Shown here in pieces: positions 29,522-39,185 of a stretch of 64,000 nt of DNA. The notes under the pieces are model-generated. The model was not told the DNA's origin. It did not search any database and saw only the letters and a program-made list of their open reading frames with translations. Numbering within the stretch: position 1 is the stretch's first letter; each line of letters starts with the position of its first letter. Both the position numbers and the translations under genes were made by a program. Source of the stretch: Cyanobacteria bacterium auto_48_18 (GTDB lineage Bacteria > Cyanobacteriota > Vampirovibrionia > Obscuribacterales > Obscuribacteraceae); assembly GCA_036170915.1 (NCBI GenBank), contig JAVHQC010000033.1, positions 32,001-96,000 on the forward strand. The letters run 5' to 3'.

Positions 29522-31594
29522 ATGCATGTGCAAAGAGCGACTATCGCTTTAAGCATGACAGTCTGTCTGTCTACTTCGTGCTGTGCGGTTTTTGCCGCCA
29601 AAAGTAGCCCCAAGCCGAGGAATAACACCGCAGCTCAGTTGCCGCCTGCTCCCTCTCCACCCCCGAAAGCACCGCCACCTCCGTCTCCTGTGCCAGTAAT
29701 GAGGCCCGCTACGCCGCTGCTCGACACGCGCGTGGCCCGTCCCGGAGAAGCGCTACTGGGACCCGATTCTCAGATTCCTACCCGAGTATCAAGACCGGGC
29801 GAAAGTGGCCCTGCCGTGCCTTCGCCTTCAGTGGGTGGTCTGGGAAGCCGGCCATATACTCCAGCCGCTGTGGGAATGATGGCAGCCCCGGGGGCGAAAG
29901 ACCCTTATCCGGCCATTGGCCAACTAGAAGCGGTTACCCTTGGTGCAGCCAATCCGGCCATGCATATCGACCAGCGCCTGGCTAACTTAGAAACGGCAAT
30001 TTTTCAAAAGACCTTTGCTTATGACTCACTTTTTGACCGTACCGAGCGTCTGAAAAAAACTATTCTCGGCAATCAAGAAGTAGATCCAAATTCTGCTGCA
30101 GGCAGAGAAGATGCCGCTGCTGGTCGTAGCCCTGGCACTGCTGGTGGTGACATCTTCGACAGCAGTAATAGCAGGCCGACTCTTGAATCACTTAGTGAAG
30201 TGCGCTTTTTAGATGAGCAGGCTGCTTTGCCTGAAAATAAGGCGGCTGCCACTGAATTGGAATTGGCTCAGTATGCGGTAATGCTCATTAATAAAGAGCG
30301 CACTGCTTTTGGTGTGGCTCCCGTCACTCCTGATAATTTAGCTGAAAAAATTGCGTCAGATTTGACCAAAGATTTGGCTAAGCGCAATGTACTTTCGCAC
30401 TTCAGTTCTGATGGTAGCAACCCTGATAGACGATTTACTTTGAATGAAGGTAATGACGCAGTTAACGAAGGAATTGCTTCAGTAAAAACTTCTGAAGTCG
30501 GCGTCAGGCATCTATGCAAAGCTGGTGTGGCCCGAATCTTAAAGACTATGCTCAGCCGTCAAGACGACCGCGATGCCTTGCTGAATCCTGATGCCACTCA
30601 TGTGGGTTTTGCCTCAGCACTATCTGCCGACGGCGAAAAAATTATCGCCGCAGCAGAAGTTTTGTCTCGCCACGCCGTTATGATTCCGCTGGCGACTGAA
30701 GTAGCTGTGGGCGATAAAGTTGAAGTGCGAGGGGTAATGAACAGCCCTTATTTCTTTGACAAAGTGACAGTGGCCTGGGAGGCATACAATCCTGAAAGCA
30801 ATGCTTCCGCAGCCGATGATGGAGAAGAAGCGCTGCCATATTTTCCGCCGCTCGATTATATTGCTTATTCAAACCGCGGTGAAGGCAATCATGATAAAGC
30901 CGTATTCGCACTCAAGGCCGGACTGATTGTCGGAGCTGTGGCTGCCGGAATGTTTTTCCCGCCGGCGGCCATGGCTGTGCCTCTTATTGCTCTGGCCGGC
31001 TCGCCTGGAGAACCAAAACCAGTCTCTGACATTCCTGTCAAAGGCGGAATAAAAGTTGATGGTGCAGCTTTTTCTGGTCACATTCCACTTTCAAATAACA
31101 GCAAAGAAGGTCTCTATTACGTAACGGTTTGGGCTGTACAAGCTAAAGGCATGAAGTCTGTTCCAGTCAGTCGCCGTGTGATTCTAGCGAAGAGCCAATC
31201 GCCGCAACAAGCAGAAGCTGCTGATGATGAAAAAGCCAAAGAAGAACGCAAAGAACAAGAGCGCCGCGAGAAAGATGATCGCAAAGCCAAGCTGATGCAA
31301 GAGAAACGCGAAAAGCAAGAAGAAAAGATCAAGAAGCGGGAAGATAAAAACGAAAAGCGGCCTGGGCTAACAGTTGAGGGTGAAGTAGAGCCTGCCGAGC
31401 CAGCAGAGCCCGTTGATTTGAAAAATTCTGGTCAAACTATTCAGGCTGTCCCTGGTGTAAGCGCCCCGGACGCGTCGAAGTTGCTGGCACCACAGGCGGA
31501 GACCATTGCGCCCAAAGATGTCAAAGATGCTATAGATATGAATAACTCGAAAGATTCACAAGACAAAGAAGATAATGACGACAAAAATGACTAA
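29522..31594 (+). CDS. Secreted Pro-rich protein with degenerate CAP (SCP-like) domain and charged C-terminal tail
   Basis: LINKERTAFGVAPV, LSHFSSDGSNPDRR, RDALLNPDATHVGF. Confidence 0.7.
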   Translation: MHVQRATIALSMTVCLSTSCCAVFAAKSSPKPRNNTAAQLPPAPSPPPKAPPPPSPVPVMRPATPLLDTRVARPGEALLGPDSQIPTRVSRPGESGPAVPSPSVGGLGSRPYTPAAVGMMAAPGAKDPYPAIGQLEAVTLGAANPAMHIDQRLANLETAIFQKTFAYDSLFDRTERLKKTILGNQEVDPNSAAGREDAAAGRSPGTAGGDIFDSSNSRPTLESLSEVRFLDEQAALPENKAAATELELAQYAVMLINKERTAFGVAPVTPDNLAEKIASDLTKDLAKRNVLSHFSSDGSNPDRRFTLNEGNDAVNEGIASVKTSEVGVRHLCKAGVARILKTMLSRQDDRDALLNPDATHVGFASALSADGEKIIAAAEVLSRHAVMIPLATEVAVGDKVEVRGVMNSPYFFDKVTVAWEAYNPESNASAADDGEEALPYFPPLDYIAYSNRGEGNHDKAVFALKAGLIVGAVAAGMFFPPAAMAVPLIALAGSPGEPKPVSDIPVKGGIKVDGAAFSGHIPLSNNSKEGLYYVTVWAVQAKGMKSVPVSRRVILAKSQSPQQAEAADDEKAKEERKEQERREKDDRKAKLMQEKREKQEEKIKKREDKNEKRPGLTVEGEVEPAEPAEPVDLKNSGQTIQAVPGVSAPDASKLLAPQAETIAPKDVKDAIDMNNSKDSQDKEDNDDKND

Positions 31595-32705
31595 TAGGCT
31601 TTGGACACGTAATAATCTTCTGGTATCGCTTTCGGTGGCACTTTTTATATCGTCTTCAAGCTCGAGTGTTGCTGAAGCCGCTCCTGATTCACCTTCGGCT
31701 CCGGAGCCATCACCGGCCCCAGCTGCGGCACCGGTGCCAGTTCAAGTTGCACCGGTTGAAGTGATTACTCCGTCGCTCGCCCCGCGGCGGCAAAGACCGC
31801 TTTCTGCCACCAGTCAGTCAACTACATTGCAGACTGGAACGGGATCGACAACTCTGCAAACTGGAACTGGATCGACAACTTTGCAGACCGGAACAGGGTC
31901 GACTCTAATTCAGTCAGGCACTGATTCTTCAACTATTCAGGCTGGTGTGCAAAGAGAAGCGGCTCCAGTAAATATTTTGTTTATTGTCGATGGCTCACGT
32001 TCAATGCTCGAAATGTTAGAGCACGATACTCAAAAAATGGATTCGGCAAAGCAAGTTTTGCAACAAGCTTTAAGTCGCATTCCAAATGACGTCAATATTG
32101 GACTGCGGGTATTTGGTCAGGGTGCCACTGGCCCACAGCATTCTATGTTTGGTATTGGTGGTGGTCTCAATATTGGTGCCGAGTGCCAAAATAGCGCACT
32201 CTGGGTGCCAATTGGTCAACACAACCGCCGTTCTTTTATAGAAAAAGTCAGGCAGATAAAACCTTATGGTATGACGCCGCTGGCTTACGCTATCGGCCAG
32301 GCGGCAGCTCATGATTTTAGAAATGTGGAAGGCAATAAAGTAATTATTTTGATTACTGATGGTGCTGATACTTGTGGTGGCAATCCCTGTGAAATTATTG
32401 CCAGACTGCCCTCGTTTGGCATCAAACTAAAAGTTGACGTTGTTGGTCTTGCTCTTGGCCGTGAGCCCGAAGCACGTAAGCAACTTGATTGTATTGCCAG
32501 AAATTCTGGTGGCAAATATTACGATGCCAAAAGCTCCGGCGAATTGATTAACAGCATTTCTGCCAGTGTGTCTAAGGCCATTGAGGGTCGGGTGATTATC
32601 AAGCCTTCAAGCGGTTCTGTAGAGCCTGGAAGCGGTGCTTCAATCAACACTGAAACACCAATTGAACTGGTGCCCATTGAGCCTATGAAAACACTCGATA
32701 AGTAA
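31575..32705 (+). CDS. Secreted VWA domain protein
   Basis: MIDAS DGSRSM, GLRVFG, TPLA, LITDGADTCGGNPC, LDCIA..SGGKYY; start may be ATG 31587. Confidence 0.85.
   Translation: MTTKMTNRLWTRNNLLVSLSVALFISSSSSSVAEAAPDSPSAPEPSPAPAAAPVPVQVAPVEVITPSLAPRRQRPLSATSQSTTLQTGTGSTTLQTGTGSTTLQTGTGSTLIQSGTDSSTIQAGVQREAAPVNILFIVDGSRSMLEMLEHDTQKMDSAKQVLQQALSRIPNDVNIGLRVFGQGATGPQHSMFGIGGGLNIGAECQNSALWVPIGQHNRRSFIEKVRQIKPYGMTPLAYAIGQAAAHDFRNVEGNKVIILITDGADTCGGNPCEIIARLPSFGIKLKVDVVGLALGREPEARKQLDCIARNSGGKYYDAKSSGELINSISASVSKAIEGRVIIKPSSGSVEPGSGASINTETPIELVPIEPMKTLDK
31818..31946 (+). repeat. 27-bp coding repeat (STTLQTGTG), ~5 copies
   Basis: STTLQTGTG x3 with synonymous differences, then STLIQSGTD, SSTIQAG. 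Confidence 0.85.
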
Positions 32706-32718
32706 ACACTCGATAAGT
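32689..32718 (+). repeat. Perfect 15-bp tandem duplication spanning the VWA stop codon
   Basis: AAACACTCGATAAGT x2. Confidence 0.9.
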
Positions 32719-32731
32719 AAAGGCGACGTTT

Positions 32732-34309
32732 TTAACGCAAGCTAATTGCTGTCCTCTTCACTGTCTCTAGTTTTTGAGTGATATGGAGGTGAGTCTTGAT
32801 GTCGTCTGCCATCTTGTCAGCAACTGGCTGGTAGTAGTTGATCAACATCAGCGGATAAATTCCAAGAGCGAGAATGGAGAACGATAACGAGTAAGCCACA
32901 ATTTTTTCTGTGCTGGTGGCATCAGTCAAATGGCCTTTCCATTTATCCAATTCGACTCCGTAAAAGACTTTTTTCAGCAGCCAGAGCATATAGCCGGCAG
33001 TAAGAATTACACCGAGAGCGGCGAAGTAAATCCAGCCTTGCACCATATGTCCGTTCACAGCCGAAGTGGCCATGGGAGACGTGAAGGCGCCGTAGAAAAC
33101 CGCAGCTTCAGCCACAAATCCAGATAACCCTGGCAAGCCTAAATTAGCCATGGTGCCAAGCATCCAGAAGTAGAACAAGTTAGGCATTTGTTTGGCCAGA
33201 CCACCACCGATTTCAGGTAGCTGCCTGGTATGAGTGCGCTCGTACACCGCACCAACAAGGAAGAACAGCAAAGCTGAAATCACACCGTGAGAAACCATTT
33301 GGAAAATGGCACCACTCAAGGCAGCTGACGAAAGTGACGCCACACCCAACAATACAAAACCCATGTGACTGACTGAGGACAGAGCAATGATGCGCTTCAT
33401 GTCTTGTTGAATCAAACAGGCCATTGCCGCCCAGACAATGTTGAAGGCGCCAAGTGCCATGATTTGCGGACCATAATCAACAAAGAATGTTGGGAAGAAA
33501 CCAAGGCAAATGCGCACTAGACCATAAGATCCCATTTTCAAAAGCAGACCAGCCAACAGCATTGAAATTGGTGTTGGCGCTTCTACGTGAGCATCAGGCA
33601 ACCATGTGTGCACTGGGAACGATGGCAGCTTGATGATGAAAGCGAGGAAGAAGCCAAGACAAGCGAGCAATTGAATATCTTTCGGTAAGCTCGGGCACAT
33701 TGTCGAAAGGTTGACCATATCAAACGTAGCGCTGGTGCCCATTTGCGTATACATGTAAACCAATCCGCCCAACATCAATACGCCACCAAAGAAGGTGTAT
33801 ATGAGGAATTTGAGCGAAGCATAGGCGCGCCTTGGGCCGCCCCAAATGGCAATCAAGAAATACATTGGGACGAGCTCGAGTTCGTACATAACAAAGAACT
33901 GCAGCAAGTCAAGTGAGATAAACACTCCCAGCACCGAAAATGTCAGGAGCATGAGCATGGCGTAGTAAAGTCTGGGGCGATTATTGCCAATAGAAGTAGA
34001 AGCGAGAATGGCCATCAAGGTGACGAAACCAGTCAGCACCACCAGCGATAGCGACATGCCGTCGACACCAACAAAATATTGAACCGGAAACGGAGCTTGG
34101 AACCAGCTCACTTGTTCTACTAGTTGGAAAGTAGCAGCGCGGCCGAGGTCAAATTGCGACAGAATAAATGCTGACAAGCCAAACATTCCGCCGCCGAAAG
34201 CAATGGCCAGTTTGCGCGCTGCGTTCTCGGGGCTGCACGATATGGCAAGCGCCGCGAGCATTGGCAACAGTAGAAGGATGGTAAGCAGATGTTGTGGTTC
34301 GGAATTCAC
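32732..34309 (-). CDS. nuoM: NADH-quinone oxidoreductase subunit M (NdhD-type)
   Basis: GVDGMS, YELELVPMYFLIAIWGG, KLPSFPVHTWLPDAHVEAPTP, LLKMGSYG, SSVSHMG, LGLPGLSGFVAE; GGAG before GTG 34309. Confidence 0.93.
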   Translation of the reverse strand: MNSEPQHLLTILLLLPMLAALAISCSPENAARKLAIAFGGGMFGLSAFILSQFDLGRAATFQLVEQVSWFQAPFPVQYFVGVDGMSLSLVVLTGFVTLMAILASTSIGNNRPRLYYAMLMLLTFSVLGVFISLDLLQFFVMYELELVPMYFLIAIWGGPRRAYASLKFLIYTFFGGVLMLGGLVYMYTQMGTSATFDMVNLSTMCPSLPKDIQLLACLGFFLAFIIKLPSFPVHTWLPDAHVEAPTPISMLLAGLLLKMGSYGLVRICLGFFPTFFVDYGPQIMALGAFNIVWAAMACLIQQDMKRIIALSSVSHMGFVLLGVASLSSAALSGAIFQMVSHGVISALLFFLVGAVYERTHTRQLPEIGGGLAKQMPNLFYFWMLGTMANLGLPGLSGFVAEAAVFYGAFTSPMATSAVNGHMVQGWIYFAALGVILTAGYMLWLLKKVFYGVELDKWKGHLTDATSTEKIVAYSLSFSILALGIYPLMLINYYQPVADKMADDIKTHLHITQKLETVKRTAISLR

Positions 34310-34577
34310 AGCGGTCTCCGGAAAATAAAATAGGCTTGCAACTTGTACTTGTAAGTAGGTTGCAGTGCTCAAAGAGCGCCACCAGTATAAAGCGCTGAAG
34401 CATTCTTAACATGCAGCTGCTAGGGATATTAAAGAGAAAAATCTTTTCACTCTCAACTACGCTTTATCAATCATGGTTGTTAGCACTTCATCAATGTATA
34501 GTTTTAGTGTCTGAATTACTAAGTGAAAATCAGCTCTAGTCAAGAGCTAATATGGATGACCCTCTAGGAGATAGATC

Positions 34578-36596
34578 TTGTTACCGCTAAGCGTTGAGCA
34601 GTTGAAATGGTTCGTTGAGCACGCCGGCCTGATTGTGGCAGCACCGTTCCTGGCGGGCTTCCTGATCATCATGGGCATGAGAGCCTCAAAGTTTCTCTCC
34701 ATGGCAGTATCCATAGGCGCCGTAGCTTACGGCCTTTTTCATTCACTGGCGATTTTCCAAGCGCTTGTCTCTCACGCTTTTCCTGATCCTTATTTTCAAC
34801 AAAATATTCCCTGGTTCACTTCGAGCAGCTTCACTCTCTCAGTGGGTGTATTAGTCGACAACACTGCAGCGCTGATGCTAATTGTTGTCACCTCAGTAAG
34901 TTTGCTGGTGCAAATATATACACACGGCTACATGCGTGATGATGCTGGCTACTCGCGCTTTTATGCTTACCTTTCGCTCTTTACAGGTTCGATGCTTGGT
35001 CTTGTGGTCTCAACCAACTTGTTCCAAATGTACGGTTTTTGGGAACTGGTTGGTGTCTGTTCATACTTCCTGATTGGTTTCTGGTGGCACAAAGAATCGG
35101 CTGCCAAGGCCTGCATGAAAGCATTCGTAGTCAACCGCATCGGTGACTTCGGATTTCTCATCGGCACCCTGACATTCTTCCTTTATACAAAAGATTTTTG
35201 GGGCGCTGGACCAGTGCTTGGTTTTGTTGGACCAAACGGCACCGACCTGGCCAGTGTGATTCATAAAGCCGCCGCCGCTGGTGCCTTAAATGATTCACTG
35301 CTTTGCTTCATTGCATGTTTGATCTTCATGGGTCCGATGGCTAAATCAGCGCAATTCCCATTGCACGTCTGGTTGCCTGATGCCATGGAAGGCCCTACAC
35401 CAATTTCCGCTCTGATTCACGCTGCCACCATGGTTGCCGCTGGTGTATATCTGGTAGCCCGCGCTTATCCTATCTGGCTCAATTGCGACGGCTCAGCCGG
35501 CACCGCCCTGACAGTGGTGGCAAGTATTGGTGCCATTACAGCATTCATGGCTGCCACCATTGCCATGAGTCAATACGACATCAAGCGCGTATTGGCCTGG
35601 TCAACCTGTTCTCAGCTTGGTTATATGTTTGTTGGTCTTGGCGTAGGCGCCTTCACCGGTGGTATTTTCCACCTCTTTAACCATGCCTTCTTCAAAGCAA
35701 TGCTGTTCCTTTGTAGTGGTGCTGTAATTCACGGTTTGCATGGTCAGCAAGATATTCGCGAGATGGGTGGCCTGAAAAAATCTATGCCGATCGCACATAT
35801 TTGTTTCCTGATTGGCACCCTGTCAATTTCAGGTTTCCCGCTCTTCAGCGGTTTCTTCTCTAAAGACGAAATTATTGGTGCGGCCATGGTTCATCACCCC
35901 TTCATCGGTTGGTTGATGTTGCTCACAGCCGGAATGACCGCCTTCTATATGTTCAGACTTTATTTCATGACATTTACCGGCGAATATCGCGGCAGTGCTC
36001 ATCCACACGAATCAAGCGCTGCCATGACCTGGCCGCTATTGGTGCTGGCAGTGCCATCTATATTGACTGGTTATCTTGGTTTCAACATCGCCAATCTGCA
36101 ACCGGCATTAGCTGGAGCTTCACCAGAGCACGGTTTGCCTAATCACTTCGCCGCATTCATTTTTGGACCAAATGGCCCTCACTTTGAAGGCGCCAATGTG
36201 ACGATGATGGGCATATCCATTGCTGTGGGTCTGGCCGGTTTCTTCATCGCTTATTTGATGTATCTGACCAGAACTCTACACTTCAATAAAACCTTCGCCG
36301 AATCTAAAGAAGGTATGGCCAACCTTATTTACAATATGTCGTTCAATAAGTGGTACATGGACGATCTTTATTTCGGCATCGTCGATCGCGTTTTACTTCC
36401 CACTTATAAAAATGTCTGGACCTTTGTAGACATGGTTATTGTGGAAGGCGTGGTCAACGGCGTAGGCCTGATAACCATGAGTATTGGCGAAGTGCTCAAG
36501 TATTTGCAAAATGGGCGTGGCCAGTACTATGCACTGGTAATCTTTGCCGCTGTGGCAGGTATTGCTTGGATTTCATATATCTTGCCCCCTCACTAA
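34578..36596 (+). CDS. nuoL: NADH-quinone oxidoreductase subunit L (NdhF-type)
   Basis: WELVGVCSYFLIGFW, NRIGDFG, KSAQFPLHVWLPDAMEGPTPISALIHAATMVAAGVYL, HAFFKA, FFSKDEI; AGGAG before TTG. Confidence 0.95.
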   Translation: MLPLSVEQLKWFVEHAGLIVAAPFLAGFLIIMGMRASKFLSMAVSIGAVAYGLFHSLAIFQALVSHAFPDPYFQQNIPWFTSSSFTLSVGVLVDNTAALMLIVVTSVSLLVQIYTHGYMRDDAGYSRFYAYLSLFTGSMLGLVVSTNLFQMYGFWELVGVCSYFLIGFWWHKESAAKACMKAFVVNRIGDFGFLIGTLTFFLYTKDFWGAGPVLGFVGPNGTDLASVIHKAAAAGALNDSLLCFIACLIFMGPMAKSAQFPLHVWLPDAMEGPTPISALIHAATMVAAGVYLVARAYPIWLNCDGSAGTALTVVASIGAITAFMAATIAMSQYDIKRVLAWSTCSQLGYMFVGLGVGAFTGGIFHLFNHAFFKAMLFLCSGAVIHGLHGQQDIREMGGLKKSMPIAHICFLIGTLSISGFPLFSGFFSKDEIIGAAMVHHPFIGWLMLLTAGMTAFYMFRLYFMTFTGEYRGSAHPHESSAAMTWPLLVLAVPSILTGYLGFNIANLQPALAGASPEHGLPNHFAAFIFGPNGPHFEGANVTMMGISIAVGLAGFFIAYLMYLTRTLHFNKTFAESKEGMANLIYNMSFNKWYMDDLYFGIVDRVLLPTYKNVWTFVDMVIVEGVVNGVGLITMSIGEVLKYLQNGRGQYYALVIFAAVAGIAWISYILPPH

Positions 36597-36639
36597 ATTG
36601 CACGGCTAATCTTTTTTAAGGAACGCAGAGGATAAACGG

Positions 36640-36903
36640 ATGAGTTCAGATTCACACGCAGATGATCAGGGTCACGGACACGATAGCCATGACGCTCACG
36701 CGAGCAGCGAGGGCATTCCAGAGTCGAGCTTGCAAGATTTGATTCTCAAAGGTGTCACCATTGTTGCCGCTGTGGCTTTAATCGGTTCAGGTTTTTGGTG
36801 GAAAATGCAGCCACTACCTGAGGGCGGGCATGAAGCCGGTCACGAGCAGAGTCATGAACCAGGCCAGAGTGCCGGGCAAGTCGAGCACGCTCCTGCTCAC
36901 TAA
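36640..36903 (+). CDS. Small single-TM protein with His-rich termini
   Basis: GAGGA RBS; TM VTIVAAVALIGSGFWW; 10 His in 87 aa, all in the two soluble ends. Confidence 0.7.
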   Translation: MSSDSHADDQGHGHDSHDAHASSEGIPESSLQDLILKGVTIVAAVALIGSGFWWKMQPLPEGGHEAGHEQSHEPGQSAGQVEHAPAH

Positions 36904-37061
36904 TCTATTTCTACTTCTACTTTAAATTCTTCGCCTTTTCTTTATCTTTGAATCGTCTCAAATTGTTGCCGAGACTGCGTGTATGAGTCAGTTAGCTGGT
37001 TGCTTGTCAACCTTTCATGCTATCTTATCCTGATTGAGAAGCGCCGTATTATGCGCTTTTA

Positions 37062-37081
37062 TTGAATCGAATGCGATTCAA
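37062..37081. promoter_or_regulatory. Perfect palindrome upstream of OFOR alpha (candidate operator or leader hairpin)
   Basis: TTGAATCG-AATG-CGATTCAA. Confidence 0.4.
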
Positions 37082-37135
37082 ATCAAATGAGCCGTTTTTT
37101 AAACGGTCTGTAGCTCACTCTTTGAGGGTATTTGA

Positions 37136-39130
37136 ATGCAGGAAGTAACAGTTGGTATTGCTGGAGCAGCCGGTGACGGTCTAGATAAATCCGGCGATAC
37201 CTTGGCCAAGTCATGCAGCAGACTTGGTCTCCACGTTTACGCGTACAACTGCTACCAGTCGATCATCCGGGGCGGTCACATTTGGCTCCGTGTGCGTATT
37301 GGTGAAGACAAAGTTTATTCACATGGCGATAATCTCAATGTTCTCGTGGCCTTAAACCAAGATTCCATTGAGCGCCATTCTATCGAAGTGGAAGAAGGCG
37401 GCGCCGTCATCTTTAACTCAGACAAGTTGGCATGTGAGCCTACACAAGTACGCAACGGTGTTCAAATTGTCGGTTTGCCGATGAAAAAAATCACCGAAGA
37501 TGTGGTTAAAGAGCATGGTGCGCTTTTGCCTATCATGCAGAACACAGTGGCCATGGGTGCCGCAGCCTTCTTCAGCAATGTTGGTATGGAAGAGCCTAGC
37601 AGCGTGCTTGCCGACACTTTCGCCCATAAAGGTCAAAAAGTAATTGACCTCAACATCAGCTTGCTCAAAGTTGGTTACGAATTTGCCAAGGCTAATTTTA
37701 AGCCAGTAACTAAAGACTGGAATTTCAGCCGCAAGAAACGTTGTTTCTTGACCGGTAACGAAGCCATCGCTATTGGTGCCTATGCTGCTGGATGCAAATT
37801 CTATTCTGCTTATCCAATGACTCCAGCTTCAACAATTTTGCACTGGATGGCCAATCACGCTCATGAAACCGGCATCTGCGTCAAACAATGCGAAGACGAA
37901 CTGTCTGTAATCAACATGGCAATTGGAGCCGGCATCGCCGGTGCTCGTTCAATGTGCGCCACCGCTGGTGGTGGATTTGCTTTGATGACCGAAGCTGTTG
38001 GTATGGCCGGAATTATGGAAGTACCGGTTGTCTGCGTTGAAGTGCAGCGCGGCGGACCATCAACCGGTTTGCCTACCAAAACTGAACAAGCCGACTTGTT
38101 CCAAGTTTATGGCGCATCACAAGGTGAATTCCCTCGTTTGATTGTGGCACCAAAAGATATTGTTGATTGCTTCACTACAACTGTAGAAGTCTTCAATATT
38201 GCCGACCGCTATCAGATGCCAATTCTGCTCATGTCAGACTTGTTGCTGTCTGAGCATCCTGAGACTGTCGATCCTGAAGTATTCGATGGTAATCCGGTTA
38301 TCGACCGTGGTGAAATTGTCAGCGAATGGCCTGAATCAAAAGGCAAATTCAAGCGCTTCAAATTTACTGAATCAGGTGTTTCACCTCGCGCTCTGCCTGG
38401 CACTGCTAACACTGCATTCGTTTCAGCATCAGACGATCATGATGAAGAAAGCATTCTGATTTCAGACATGTTTACTTCACCAGCTACACGCCGCAAAATC
38501 ATGGAAAAGAGAAATCGCAAGATTGAGAATCTCTTGAACGAACTTCCAGCTCCTGTGTTGGAAGGCCCAGCTGATGCTGATTTGACTCTTGTATGTTGGG
38601 GTTCTACCTGGGGCCCAGTGAAAGAAGCTGCCGAGCTTCTCACCGCTCAAGGCATTAAGACCAACTTGCTCAACATCAAATACATTGCTCCTTTCCACGC
38701 TAAAGAAGTGTTGGAAATTCTCAGCAAAGCGAAGAAGAAGATTTCTGTTGAAGTCAACTTCACCAGCCAAATGGCCCGCCATATTAAAGCCGAAACCGGA
38801 ATATCAATGGATGCCCACATCAATAGATATGACGGCGAGCCCATGGAGCCTCTCTACATTGTCGAGCATGTCAAACGCATTCTCGCTGGTAAGGCCCTCG
38901 ATTACGACGTAACCGAAGACGAAGCCAAAGACATGGCTTATCACTATATACGTACACACGCCCTCGAGAAGATGCGTCCGACTGCAGCTACTCGTGAGTC
39001 TTCTAACGGACACGGCGAACCTACATGGAATGTTGAACTGAGTGAACGCGCAACAGGTAAATTGGCCGCCCGCATGAAAGTGGGTGTGTCCACCGGAGCC
39101 ACTTACAGCTTCGAAAAAGTTGCCGAATAA
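37136..39130 (+). CDS. korA: 2-oxoacid:ferredoxin oxidoreductase subunit alpha (fused gamma-alpha) with extra C-terminal domain
   Basis: IRGGH, TGNEAIA, YPMTPAS, QCEDE, QRGGPSTGLPTKTEQADL, WGST, RYDGEP; substrate specificity not determinable. Confidence 0.9.
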   Translation: MQEVTVGIAGAAGDGLDKSGDTLAKSCSRLGLHVYAYNCYQSIIRGGHIWLRVRIGEDKVYSHGDNLNVLVALNQDSIERHSIEVEEGGAVIFNSDKLACEPTQVRNGVQIVGLPMKKITEDVVKEHGALLPIMQNTVAMGAAAFFSNVGMEEPSSVLADTFAHKGQKVIDLNISLLKVGYEFAKANFKPVTKDWNFSRKKRCFLTGNEAIAIGAYAAGCKFYSAYPMTPASTILHWMANHAHETGICVKQCEDELSVINMAIGAGIAGARSMCATAGGGFALMTEAVGMAGIMEVPVVCVEVQRGGPSTGLPTKTEQADLFQVYGASQGEFPRLIVAPKDIVDCFTTTVEVFNIADRYQMPILLMSDLLLSEHPETVDPEVFDGNPVIDRGEIVSEWPESKGKFKRFKFTESGVSPRALPGTANTAFVSASDDHDEESILISDMFTSPATRRKIMEKRNRKIENLLNELPAPVLEGPADADLTLVCWGSTWGPVKEAAELLTAQGIKTNLLNIKYIAPFHAKEVLEILSKAKKKISVEVNFTSQMARHIKAETGISMDAHINRYDGEPMEPLYIVEHVKRILAGKALDYDVTEDEAKDMAYHYIRTHALEKMRPTAATRESSNGHGEPTWNVELSERATGKLAARMKVGVSTGATYSFEKVAE

Positions 39131-39185
39131 AATTGCCCGCGTTTCATGTCTGTTCAAATAATTGATTTAAGAGGTTTATAAAACG

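Noticed and set aside
32732..36596. DAB-type or NdhF3/D3 CO2-uptake module, or Mrp antiporter
   Set aside because: No DabA, CupA/CupB or other mrp genes adjacent; motifs are standard NuoL/NuoM; the carbonic anhydrase gene is 26 kb away
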